In this document: positions 17,807 through 26,894 of the stretch, piece after piece
Position numbering within the stretch: position 1 is the stretch's first letter
Layout of the letters: the number at the start of each line of letters is the position of its first letter
From: Thermofilaceae archaeon
GTDB taxonomy: Archaea > Thermoproteota > Thermoprotei > Thermofilales > Thermofilaceae
Length of the DNA: 27,956 bases
Reading direction: 5' to 3'
Assembly: GCA_038727095.1 (NCBI GenBank)
Contig: JAVYWK010000024.1
Coordinates: 1-27,956 of the forward strand
The notes under the pieces: generated by a model
Told to the model about the DNA's origin: nothing
The model's input: the letters and a program-made list of their open reading frames with translations, nothing else
Databases searched by the model: none
Made by a program: the position numbers and the translations under genes

Positions 17807-18766
17807 TTACTTCGCGTAGAGCCAGCAGGCGACACTGTGCCCGCGCTCCAGCTCGGTGAAGAAGGGCTCATCCCTCTTGCACTTCTCGGTCGCGAAGGGG
17901 CAACGCGGGTGGAAACGGCAACCGGGCGGCACGTTGATAGGGGACGGGGGTTCTCCCTGTAGCCTCTCCTTCCTCCTATTCCTCAGCTTCGGGTTCGGTA
18001 TGGGGACTGAGCTGAGCAAGTACCTCGTGTAGGGGTGGGCGGGGTTCTCGAAGACCGCTTCCACACCCCCTGTTTCGACGATCTTTCCCAGGTACATGAC
18101 GGCAATCCTGTCACTCATGTAGTTAACCACGCCGATGTCATGCGAGATGAAGAGGTAGGAGATCCCACGCTGAGCCTGCAGATCCTTCAGCAGGTTGAGG
18201 ATCTGAGCTTGAACCGACACGTCGAGGGAGGACGTGGGCTCGTCGAGAACTATCAGCGAAGGATTGAGGAGCAGTGCCCGCAGGATCGCGACGCGCTGCT
18301 TCTGTCCCCCACTGAGCTCGTGCGGATACCTGAAGAGGTGCTCCTTTCCTAGGCCGACCGAGCTTAGCTGCTCAACGATGAAAGACTCCGGATCGTCGGG
18401 GAGCAAGCCGTGCTCGTTTAAGGGTTCGAGGAGGATCTCATAAATCGTCATTCGGGGGTTCAGCGACGTGTTAGGATCCTGGAACACCATCTGAGCCCTC
18501 CTCCTGAACTCCTTAAGCGCTCGCCCCTTCAGCTTTGTTACATCCATCCCATCGAATAGCACCCTTCCCTCGGTGGGCTCGATCAGCAGGATTGAAAGTC
18601 GGCCCAACGTCGACTTCCCGCAGCCACTCTCGCCAACTAGACCCAGCGTCTCTCCTCGGCCTACTTCCAAGGTCACTCCGTCGACCGCCTTCAGAGCACT
18701 GAACAGCGACCCTCTAACACGGAAGTACTTTTTCACACCCTCTAACCTGATGAGCGCCATGGCCAT
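17807..18766 (-). CDS. oppF: Opp/Dpp ABC ATP-binding protein (OppF/DppF-like); start ATG 18766 or 18760 rather than 18790
   Basis: [29 protein letters not shown] and C-terminal GCRFHPRC...C...VAC. SD GGAGGTGA overlaps the oppD stop. Confidence 0.93.
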   Translation of the reverse strand: MAMALIRLEGVKKYFRVRGSLFSALKAVDGVTLEVGRGETLGLVGESGCGKSTLGRLSILLIEPTEGRVLFDGMDVTKLKGRALKEFRRRAQMVFQDPNTSLNPRMTIYEILLEPLNEHGLLPDDPESFIVEQLSSVGLGKEHLFRYPHELSGGQKQRVAILRALLLNPSLIVLDEPTSSLDVSVQAQILNLLKDLQAQRGISYLFISHDIGVVNYMSDRIAVMYLGKIVETGGVEAVFENPAHPYTRYLLSSVPIPNPKLRNRRKERLQGEPPSPINVPPGCRFHPRCPFATEKCKRDEPFFTELERGHSVACWLYAK

Positions 18767-19773
18767 CACCTCCTCAGATGGAGCCAGCAATGCACGATGT
18801 GCCCATCAGCCAGCTGCAGAGCACCCGGGAACTCTTTTTCGCAGACCTCCATGGCGTGGGGGCATCGAGGCGCAAACGGGCAGCCCGGTCCCATGTCGAT
18901 CAAGTTGGGAACGGAACCGGGTATAGACTCGAGCCTCTTCACCCTTCTAGTAGGATCCGGTACGGCACGGAGCAGCATCTCTGTGTAGGGGTGGGACGGG
19001 CTTTCGAAGATCGTGAAGACATCGGCCGTTTCCACAACCCTCCCTCCATACATTACGTAAACTCTATCGGCCACCTCTGCTACAACCCCCAAGTTGTGGG
19101 TGATCAAGATCACGCTCATCCCGTACTTCCTCCGCAGCTCATCGAGCAGGTCCAGGATCTGCGCTTGGACGGTTACGTCCAGGTTCGTTGTAGGCTCGTC
19201 GGCGATCACGAGCTTAGGTTTGTTCGCAATCGCCGTAGCTATGACGACCCTCTGCCGCATCCCACCGCTCAGCTCGTGCGGGTAGCTCTTAACCCGCACC
19301 TCCGGGTTCGGGATAAGGACGTCCTTCAGGAGTCTGACGGCCTCCTTCCTCGCCTCCCCCTTCCCAACCTTCTGGTGCTCAAGTATAGTTTCCATGATGT
19401 GGTCGCCAGCGGTGTAAAGGGGATCCAACGCGCTGCTGGGATCTTGGAACACGTATGCTATCTCATACCCCCTGATCTCCCCGAGCTCCTCCTTATTCAG
19501 CTTAGCCAGATCCACGACCGAGCCATCCTTCCTCTTGAACAGCACGCTCCCCGCCTCCACTCTACCCGGGGGTTCGATGAGGCCAGTCAGCGCTCTTGTG
19601 AAGACGCTCTTACCGCTACCCGTCTCGCCCACGATGGCTACGGTCTCACCCTCGTAGACGTTTAAGTAGGCTTCAGTGACCGCGTGGACGACGCCCGCGT
19701 AAGTGTAGAAGCGGACTGTCAGCCCGCGAGCCCTAAGAACCTGATTATCCATCATCTCAGCCATGGTCGTCAC
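18766..19773 (-). CDS. oppD: Opp/Dpp ABC ATP-binding protein (OppD/DppD-like); probable start ATG 19764
   Basis: [31 protein letters not shown] and GCPFAPRC...C...VHC. Confidence 0.93.
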   Translation of the reverse strand: MTTMAEMMDNQVLRARGLTVRFYTYAGVVHAVTEAYLNVYEGETVAIVGETGSGKSVFTRALTGLIEPPGRVEAGSVLFKRKDGSVVDLAKLNKEELGEIRGYEIAYVFQDPSSALDPLYTAGDHIMETILEHQKVGKGEARKEAVRLLKDVLIPNPEVRVKSYPHELSGGMRQRVVIATAIANKPKLVIADEPTTNLDVTVQAQILDLLDELRRKYGMSVILITHNLGVVAEVADRVYVMYGGRVVETADVFTIFESPSHPYTEMLLRAVPDPTRRVKRLESIPGSVPNLIDMGPGCPFAPRCPHAMEVCEKEFPGALQLADGHIVHCWLHLRR

Positions 19774-20877
19774 CTACAACTTCGCCTTCAACTCGATCGA
19801 CCTCCTCGTCTTGGGGTCGAACACATCTCGAAGGGCGTCGCCCAGCATGTTCCACCCCAGCGAGATCAGCAGCAGGGCAAAACCGGCCTCCACCACGATC
19901 CACCAGCTCCTCTCAGGGAAGTACTGGCCGGCCATCGAGATGAGGAGGCCAAGGTCGGGCACCGGCGGCTGGGCTCCCAAGCCTAGGAAGGAGAGAGCAG
20001 CTGAGGAGAGAGCTGCTGTGGCCATGTCGAACGTGAACATAACGAGCAGCGGTGAGGAGATGTTCGGCAGTACGTGCTTCATGAGGATCCTCCACGTAGA
20101 AAGGCCTAGAGCCCTCGCAGCCTCGATGAAGCCCTGCTCCCTCAGCGTCAACACCGAGCCCCTCACGACTCTTGCGTACGGCGGCCACCAGACCAGGATC
20201 AGGGCTAGGAAAAGAGATAGGATGTTCGCGATGTTCGGCGCGTCGGCCGGGTTCAACGCAAAAAGGGCTGCTAGGAGTGCGGTGAGCGCCGTATTAGAGA
20301 TCAGGACGTTCCTGAGGGATATGCGCAGTGTAAGACTGAAGGCGATCGCGAGCACGAGGCCGGGGAAGGCGAGCATCATGTCGGTAAACCTCATGATCGC
20401 CTCATCGATGAAGCCGCCGAAGTAGCCCGAGACCAAGCCGAGGAGCACGCCGAGAGCAGCGCTGGCCACCACGATGATGAGGCTCATGACCAGCGCGATC
20501 CGGAAGCCCCTCATGATGAGGGAGAGGATGTCGCGCCCATAGACGTCCGTTCCGCTCAGGGGCATTCCGCTGCAGTCGTTCATGCATGGGGGATGCGGTA
20601 GCCTGCCCGCGAGAGCAGGGTTCTTCAAAACGGGGTACATGTCGTAGGGCTCCCACGAGAGTGACGGCCCGAAGAGGGCTAGAAAGGTTGTAGTGAGCAC
20701 GAGCACCAGGCCGGCGGCACCCGTCTTGGAGGTCGTCAGCGCGTACAGCGTAAGTTTCATCTCCTGCAGCTTGGATTTGTTTCTTTCGAGCCAGCCCGGG
20801 TTGAACCTCTCCCTGAGCTCAGCGTATTTGTTCAGAAGCACAGTGGAGGACTTGTACAGGATGTTCATGCAGCCCAC
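19774..20877 (-). CDS. oppC: Opp/Dpp ABC permease (OppC/DppC-like); probable start ATG 20868
   Basis: GTDVYGRD, SGYFGG, FIEAARALG, KHVLPN, LSFLGLG and LGDALRDVFDP. Confidence 0.93.
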   Translation of the reverse strand: MGCMNILYKSSTVLLNKYAELRERFNPGWLERNKSKLQEMKLTLYALTTSKTGAAGLVLVLTTTFLALFGPSLSWEPYDMYPVLKNPALAGRLPHPPCMNDCSGMPLSGTDVYGRDILSLIMRGFRIALVMSLIIVVASAALGVLLGLVSGYFGGFIDEAIMRFTDMMLAFPGLVLAIAFSLTLRISLRNVLISNTALTALLAALFALNPADAPNIANILSLFLALILVWWPPYARVVRGSVLTLREQGFIEAARALGLSTWRILMKHVLPNISSPLLVMFTFDMATAALSSAALSFLGLGAQPPVPDLGLLISMAGQYFPERSWWIVVEAGFALLLISLGWNMLGDALRDVFDPKTRRSIELKAKL

Positions 20878-21936
20878 CTAGTACCTCACTCTTGGGTCAA
20901 TCAGCGCGTAAACGATGTCGACAACAAGGTTCATAACTATGTAGACCAGAGAAAACAAGAAAGTCCCCGCGATTATGACGGGGAAGTTGAGGCGCGAAAT
21001 CCCCTGGTATATGTACCTGCCCACACCCGGAATGTTGAAAACCGTTTCAGCGATTATCGCCCCCGTCAGTAGGCCGGCGAAGTGGAGGCCTAGTATGGTC
21101 ACGATGGGAGCGAAGCCGTTCTTCAACGCGTGCCTCCAAACTCTCATGTCAGATAACCCCCGCGCCCTAGCGAAGAGAATCGAATCGGAGCTCAGCGCGT
21201 CGAGGAGGCTGTTCCTTACCACCCTCGCCAGGAAGCCCGCGGAGAGTACACCGAGCGCAAACCCCGGAAGCCACATCCTCGCGAAGGTGCTCGAAACCAC
21301 GTTCATCTCACCGCACATCAGCGCACCAAATATTGGTACCTGACCGAGAGCCCAAGCGACATAACCGATTACTGGAACACCTTCTCTCAACCCCTCCAGC
21401 ATCAGAGCGCAGGAGCGTGAGAATATCGGGACTCCGGCCATCAGAGAGGCTTTCACTTGAACATAGAAGAGGAGGATCAGGAAGTAGTAGAGTACAAACC
21501 CCGGTATCGAGCTCCCAACGAGTGCGAAGACCCTTACGAAGAGGTCGGCGAAACTGTCGCGCTTAGCAGCTGCTATAATCCCCAGCGGAATGCCGATCAG
21601 CACTGTGAAGGCAAACGCGAATATAGCCAGCTCCACGGTTATGGGGAAGCGGTCGGTCACCTGCTTTACCACGAGTTCGCCCCTCGTCGGATCCTTCAGC
21701 CGCCCTGTTACCAGCTGGTAAACTAGGAAGCCGAACTGCTCGTACCATGGTGCATCGAACCTGTACTCTTTTCTCAGCTGCTCCAGTGTTTCGGGGTTGA
21801 GTAGCTTTTCCCCAACCCACGCTCTAACAGGGTCGGTCGGTATCACGTAGGCTATTAAGTACGTGATCAGGAGGGCGCCGATTACACTCGGGACAAAAGT
21901 GACTACCCGTCTGGCTAAAAAACTGGCTAACCCCAT
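20878..21936 (-). CDS. oppB: Opp/Dpp ABC permease (OppB/DppB-like)
   Basis: PTDP, RFPITVELA, GIPLGI, ARARGL, RHALKN, AETVFNIPGVG and VDIVYALIDPRVRY. Confidence 0.93.
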   Translation of the reverse strand: MGLASFLARRVVTFVPSVIGALLITYLIAYVIPTDPVRAWVGEKLLNPETLEQLRKEYRFDAPWYEQFGFLVYQLVTGRLKDPTRGELVVKQVTDRFPITVELAIFAFAFTVLIGIPLGIIAAAKRDSFADLFVRVFALVGSSIPGFVLYYFLILLFYVQVKASLMAGVPIFSRSCALMLEGLREGVPVIGYVAWALGQVPIFGALMCGEMNVVSSTFARMWLPGFALGVLSAGFLARVVRNSLLDALSSDSILFARARGLSDMRVWRHALKNGFAPIVTILGLHFAGLLTGAIIAETVFNIPGVGRYIYQGISRLNFPVIIAGTFLFSLVYIVMNLVVDIVYALIDPRVRY

Positions 21937-21949
21937 AACCTACTCACCG

Positions 21950-21964
21950 AAAAAATCGGAAAAA
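21950..21964 (-). terminator. Double oligo-T tract between oppA and oppB
   Basis: The minus strand reads TTTTT-CCGA-TTTTTT immediately after the oppA stop and before the GGTGAG SD of oppB. Confidence 0.5.
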
Positions 21965-21966
21965 CA

Positions 21967-24132
21967 TCACGGTTTGAATCCGTAGAGCTCCTGCCACAAC
22001 GTAGCGTTCCAGTAGTACGGGTTGTACCTGAGCAGGATGTAGCTGTCCTCCTTGTAGTCCGCCACGAAGTAGGGTCCCGTTGATACAGGCTTCGTGGATA
22101 ACAGCATGAAGACCGGGTCGTCGCTGCCTGGGCTCACGTACTTTGCCCATGCTGCAGGGTTCCTCCCGTTGTTCGAGTCGGCTAGAGCTGCGCGGTACTG
22201 GTCGCCTAAGGCGTACTGCATCGGGAAGATGGAGCCCACGCCTGTCACGAAGATTTGCATAATCGGCACGTAGGGGAACTTCAGCTTAAACCGCACGACG
22301 CCTGCCGTCGGCCCTGAGTACCCGAAGAAGTTGAGCAGGCTTTCTAGGCTCGTAACTTCAGCGCTACTGCCACGGAAGCTCGTCACTAGGCCCTCGCTCC
22401 TTGCGATGCTGTCCAGTTCAGACTCCGTCAGCACGCTGGAGGCGTTGATATCGATGAACTCGGCTATCATCCACTGAGGCCCGCCTGGCAGGTTTGCTCT
22501 CACTGCCCTCCATATGCTGAACAGAGCGTCGACAGCGGTTATGGGGTACGTCTTGTTGTTCCAGGGATCGTAGGCAACGACATTGCCCCTGATGATGAAG
22601 TAGAGATCCGTCATGTTCCTGCTGAAAGCCCACGCCACCGCGAGCTCGGGAACAGGCTCTGTCTCCTCCTTCCAAAGGGTCACAAGCCTCCCGTAAACGT
22701 GCCAGAAGATTTCCCAGCCGAAAGACTCGTAGGACTTCGCGGGGTCAAACGTATCGGGCCAGCCTATCGTGCCGATGACCATCGTCTCAGGATCGTTAAC
22801 CACGTTAAGGACGCCTGTGTCGACGACCGGTGCCTTCCGATCCTCGTAAACGAGGTCGTACCGGGCGAACGTGGAAAGCGGGTAATACATCCCGTAGACC
22901 CAGCTACCGTAGTTCTCGCCTCTAATGTTCTGGCCCATCATTATCATCGAGCACATTCGGTTGAACTTGATGACAGCAGCCTGTATCACGGCTTCCCGCA
23001 CGTTGGGCTCAACGATCTTCTGCGAAGCCTTACAAAGGGCACTTAGAACTATGTCCTTCAGGCCGCCCGCGCCGAGGGTCACCATACTCACGGGGTTCTC
23101 CCAGTTGGCTTCAGTAGCGCTCCAATCAACGCTGTAACTCACCACAATTAAGGGCTTGTTCGTTGGGCCCGTGTACGCGGCCCCCGTGCCCTTAGGACCG
23201 ACCACGACGATGAAGCGCTCCGTCTCGATGGCCTCATCAACTGAAGCAATGAAGTTCTCCACATCGGCTGGAGCCACGTTAGCTCGGTAATCGATCGCTT
23301 CGAACACGCCACCGCCATAGACGAAGGGCATCAGGTAGTTGTCGGGGTCGAGGTAGTCAGGGATCCAGCCCAGCAGCATCACGTCGTACTGGAAGTGGTC
23401 CACAAGCTCGAGGTACTTAGGCCACGCGTAGGCTTCGACGACAACCTTGAAGCCCAGCTCACCCCACGATTGCTGTAGCAGCGCTGCGATCTGCTGCCGG
23501 GCGGTGCTGCCTTCGTTGTAGATGATGGTGATTGTGTACTTACTGGGGTCGAAGCCCCTATCCTTCAGGGAGTTTATGATTTCTTTGGCCTTTGACATAT
23601 TGTACTCAAACTTGGCGATTCCAAACTCGGTGTACCCAGTCAACCCCTTGGGTACGATGGTGTAAAGCCTTGTGTACAGCCTGTTAAACACTTGGTTTAG
23701 GATAACGTCATAGGGTGTGGCGTAAGCCAGGGCTAAACGAACTTCCGTAATGTTGAGCGGCACGCTCATCGGGTTCAATCCTATGTACTGTATCGTCAGG
23801 CCTGGCCTATCCGGTCTCCGCACGAGACGAAGCGTGAAGTTACCAACGGGAGTGTTGTTCACATCGGGCCAGCGCGCGGGCGTTACAGCTGCGATGTCGA
23901 AAACACCCGTCTTATACATGTTGATTCTCGTACCTTCATCGTTCACTACGACGTAGAGGATCGCCTTGTGGAAGGGGGGCTTCACAACAGGTTGCTCCTC
24001 AACTGGCGGCTGGGGAGCTGCTGGTTTTTGGAGAAACATGAAAGCAGCAATCGCTGCAACCACGATCAAAATTACCGCTGCAGCGATCAAGAGTAAACTT
24101 CGCCTACCCCGGTTCTGCATCACAGGCTTCAT
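21967..24132 (-). CDS. oppA: Family-5 (OppA/DppA) solute-binding protein, N-terminally membrane-anchored and circularly permuted
   Basis: N-terminal TM and Pro-rich linker. The recognisable family-5 motifs are present but the halves are swapped: the canonical N-terminus (MVIGTIGWPDTFDPA) starts at about residue 449 and STGPY...RYNPYYW sits at the C-terminus. Confidence 0.9.
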   Translation of the reverse strand: MKPVMQNRGRRSLLLIAAAVILIVVAAIAAFMFLQKPAAPQPPVEEQPVVKPPFHKAILYVVVNDEGTRINMYKTGVFDIAAVTPARWPDVNNTPVGNFTLRLVRRPDRPGLTIQYIGLNPMSVPLNITEVRLALAYATPYDVILNQVFNRLYTRLYTIVPKGLTGYTEFGIAKFEYNMSKAKEIINSLKDRGFDPSKYTITIIYNEGSTARQQIAALLQQSWGELGFKVVVEAYAWPKYLELVDHFQYDVMLLGWIPDYLDPDNYLMPFVYGGGVFEAIDYRANVAPADVENFIASVDEAIETERFIVVVGPKGTGAAYTGPTNKPLIVVSYSVDWSATEANWENPVSMVTLGAGGLKDIVLSALCKASQKIVEPNVREAVIQAAVIKFNRMCSMIMMGQNIRGENYGSWVYGMYYPLSTFARYDLVYEDRKAPVVDTGVLNVVNDPETMVIGTIGWPDTFDPAKSYESFGWEIFWHVYGRLVTLWKEETEPVPELAVAWAFSRNMTDLYFIIRGNVVAYDPWNNKTYPITAVDALFSIWRAVRANLPGGPQWMIAEFIDINASSVLTESELDSIARSEGLVTSFRGSSAEVTSLESLLNFFGYSGPTAGVVRFKLKFPYVPIMQIFVTGVGSIFPMQYALGDQYRAALADSNNGRNPAAWAKYVSPGSDDPVFMLLSTKPVSTGPYFVADYKEDSYILLRYNPYYWNATLWQELYGFKP

Positions 24133-24248
24133 AATACCCCCTTTAAAAATCTTACTTTCTATAACGCAAGCAGCCTTCTAGGCTAAATTTTCTTTAATGC
24201 TATCAACCATATAGCTACTTATAAGCTTAATCCTATATTTTAAAAGTC

Positions 24249-24259
24249 AAAAAAGAAAA
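24249..24259 (-). terminator. Oligo-T terminator after the GH3 gene
   Basis: The minus strand reads TTTTCTTTTTT about 10 nt after the stop at 24270. Confidence 0.5.
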
Positions 24260-24269
24260 TACAGCAAAA

Positions 24270-26531
24270 TCAGATTGGCTGGACTACTGACTCGGCTAGC
24301 ATTTTACCCCGCTTACCCACAATAACGGTTTCGCGCACTCTGATGGTCCCCTTAAGCCCCTCATCCTCCGCGTGCCTAGACACTGAGAGAGTGTAGACGC
24401 CTTTCTCCACAACGAGCCTCATACCGGGGTCGTAGTAGGCTAGCAGCTCGAGAGGTAGAGAGAAGGTGACTCTCACCCTCTGGCCGGGCTTTAATGTAAC
24501 CCTCCTGAAGCCTTTAAGCTCTTTAATGGGCCTCGCGACGCTAGCTGTAGGTCTAGACGCGTAGAGCTGGACAACTTCGTCGCCCTCCCTACCGCCCACG
24601 TTCTCAACGGTGACTGAAACTCTGATCGAGCCTTCAAGCCCAACCTCGCTGGGCTCGACTAACAAGTCCCTGTACTCAAACCTTGTGTAGCTGAGGCCGT
24701 AGCCAAAGGGGTAGAGGGGCTTCGCATCGGCCTCAACATACCTGTTAAAGGACGACGGTTTGCGCCTATAGAAAACTGGGATCTGCCCAGCGCGAGCTGG
24801 TACCGAAATGGGTAGCCTCCCTCCCGGATTCGCGTAGCCGAAGAGCACTTCCGCCACTGCCGTGCCGCCTTCCTCACCCGGGTGCCAAGCTTCGAGTAGC
24901 GCCCCGATTCTGGCCAGAAGCCTCCCGGGTAGCGCTAAAGGCCTCCCGCTGACGAGCACGACAACAACGGGTTTCCCCAACTCGAGGAGCTCCCCTAGCA
25001 GCTCTGATTGGACGCCGGGTAAGCCGAGCTCGCACCGGTCCAACCCCTCACCCGAGCAGAGCTCCGGTTTCCCCAGCCAGAAGCCGCCGGACCGCTCACC
25101 CAGCACAGCCACGATGGCTTCAGCCTTCTCGGCGGCTTCGATAGCCTCCCTGAAGCCGCTCCTGTCCTCCATGAGGATCCCGCATCCTCTCGCGTAGTAG
25201 ATCTCGATGCCGCTGGGCGCGAGCCTTTTGATACCCTCAAGAACTGTCACGACCTCGACGGCCGGCGCGTCTAAGCCCAGGTGGGCCGCGTAATGGTAGT
25301 CGCCGAGCATGCAGAGCGGATCGTCAGCGCAGGGTCCAACAACGGCTATCCTTCTCGCCTTCAGCGGCAGCATGCCCCTGTTCTCCAGCAGGACTACCGA
25401 CTTCCTCGCCGCTTCGCGCGCAAGCTTTCTCGCTTCAGGGTTGTCGAGAACGTCAGGGACGCTGCTCTCGTCGACGTAGGGGTTCTCAAAGAGGCCCAAA
25501 AGGGCCTTTACACGGAGGACGCGGGCGGCAGCTTCATCAACCCTCTTCTCGGAGACCAAGCCCTCCCGCACCGCATCGATCAGCCTCCGGTAGCAGTCCG
25601 GGTGGGGCAGCTCTATGTCGACCCCAGCCTCCAGCGCTTTAATAGCAGCCTCCAAGTCGTCCCCCGCCACCCTGTGGTAGGTCTGAAGCTGCCTGACCGC
25701 AAAGTAGTCGGAGACGACAATACCCTCGAAACCCCACTCATCCCTCAGGATCCTACGAAGAAGCCAGCTGTTCGCGTGGCACGGGACCCCGTCGATCTCA
25801 TGGTACGCCGGCATAATCGCCGCTAAACCAGCCTCCTTCACGGCCGACTCGAAGGGGTACAGCACCGCCTCCCTGAACTCCCTCTCGCCCACGCGCACGG
25901 GTGCCGTGTTCCTCCCACCCTCGGGGAAACCGTGGCCAGCGAAGTGCTTCCCCGTCGCTAAAACGCCGCCCCGCAGGCTCCCCTGCACACCCTTCACGTA
26001 TGCGACGCCGATAGCAGCTGCCAGGTAGGGATCCTCTCCGTAGGTTTCCTCCGTCCTACCCCACCTCGGGTCCCAGCTGAGGTCAAGCACGGGGGCGAGA
26101 ACGTGCCTGCAGCCCACAGCTAGAGCCTGCCTCCGGATCTCTTCTGCAACCCTTTGCACCAGCTCGGGGTCCCACGTGGCGGCTAGCGCGATCGCCTGCG
26201 GGAAGCAGGTAGCAGTTGGAGCCATGAGCCCCGCAAGCGACTCTTCGTGCACGATCGCGGGGATCCCGAGCCTAGTCTCCTCAACGAGGAACCTCTGCAC
26301 CTCGTTAACCAGCCTAGCTGCCTCCTTCGGCGAGAAACCCAGCCGGCTGCCGGAAACCCTGGTGATCTGGCCGATACCGTTCGAGAGGAGCTTCCTAGCC
26401 TTCTCACGCGAGAAGGATCTACCCTCGACCAGCTCCTCGACAGGGACGGAGAGCAGCTGCGCAACCTTCTCCTCCAGCGTCATCCGCGAGAGGAGATGTT
26501 CGACAGCCTTCGAGATTTCCAGCTGCGCCAC
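24270..26531 (-). CDS. GH3 beta-glucosidase/beta-xylosidase (BglX-like), cytoplasmic
   Basis: MTLEEKVAQL, RLGIP..HEE, DPRWGRTEETYGEDP, KHFAGHG, nucleophile motif VVSDY, SGEG.DR, PLYPFGYGLSYT and a C-terminal Fn3-like domain (EVVQLY..KELKGF). Confidence 0.96.
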   Translation of the reverse strand: MAQLEISKAVEHLLSRMTLEEKVAQLLSVPVEELVEGRSFSREKARKLLSNGIGQITRVSGSRLGFSPKEAARLVNEVQRFLVEETRLGIPAIVHEESLAGLMAPTATCFPQAIALAATWDPELVQRVAEEIRRQALAVGCRHVLAPVLDLSWDPRWGRTEETYGEDPYLAAAIGVAYVKGVQGSLRGGVLATGKHFAGHGFPEGGRNTAPVRVGEREFREAVLYPFESAVKEAGLAAIMPAYHEIDGVPCHANSWLLRRILRDEWGFEGIVVSDYFAVRQLQTYHRVAGDDLEAAIKALEAGVDIELPHPDCYRRLIDAVREGLVSEKRVDEAAARVLRVKALLGLFENPYVDESSVPDVLDNPEARKLAREAARKSVVLLENRGMLPLKARRIAVVGPCADDPLCMLGDYHYAAHLGLDAPAVEVVTVLEGIKRLAPSGIEIYYARGCGILMEDRSGFREAIEAAEKAEAIVAVLGERSGGFWLGKPELCSGEGLDRCELGLPGVQSELLGELLELGKPVVVVLVSGRPLALPGRLLARIGALLEAWHPGEEGGTAVAEVLFGYANPGGRLPISVPARAGQIPVFYRRKPSSFNRYVEADAKPLYPFGYGLSYTRFEYRDLLVEPSEVGLEGSIRVSVTVENVGGREGDEVVQLYASRPTASVARPIKELKGFRRVTLKPGQRVRVTFSLPLELLAYYDPGMRLVVEKGVYTLSVSRHAEDEGLKGTIRVRETVIVGKRGKMLAESVVQPI

Positions 26532-26894
26532 TTGCTGATCGATTACGTAATGGTAAAAATGAATTGCTCAGCGCCCGCCTTTCTTGACGAGACGAATACC
26601 GTCAGAGCGGTAAATACCGGTACGATGGTTAAGATGATTAAGCGCCCGAGCATCAAGGTTTCCGCATCTATTCATCAAATCAGTTCCGAGTCCGTCGACG
26701 AGCCTGTTTCTAACCCCACCCAACGTGTCATCCCTAGAAGATCCCGTCTAAGCTGTCAACTTCCTGAAAGCTGCAAGTTATCAACTACGAATGGGGGGTC
26801 CACTCGGTAGCCTAGCTGAGCGATCACTAGGATCGCCTCTGAAATTACTAATCGATGTTACCGAAGGAGCTCGCAAGGCGTATACTAGGTGAGT

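Noticed and set aside
18778-19665. 295-aa plus-strand ORF, plus the other antisense or nested track ORFs (e.g. 7486-8142, 8065-8586, 19763-20425, 25281-25826, 26247-26810)
   Set aside because: These are shadows of well-supported genes, expected from codon bias in GC-rich coding DNA, and carry no recognisable motifs.
26653-26700. C/D box sRNA-like pattern on the minus strand (CTGA-TT-TGATGA...CTTGA)
   Set aside because: No credible C box, a D'-C' spacer of only 2 nt, a degenerate D box, and no rRNA/tRNA complementarity that I could recognise.
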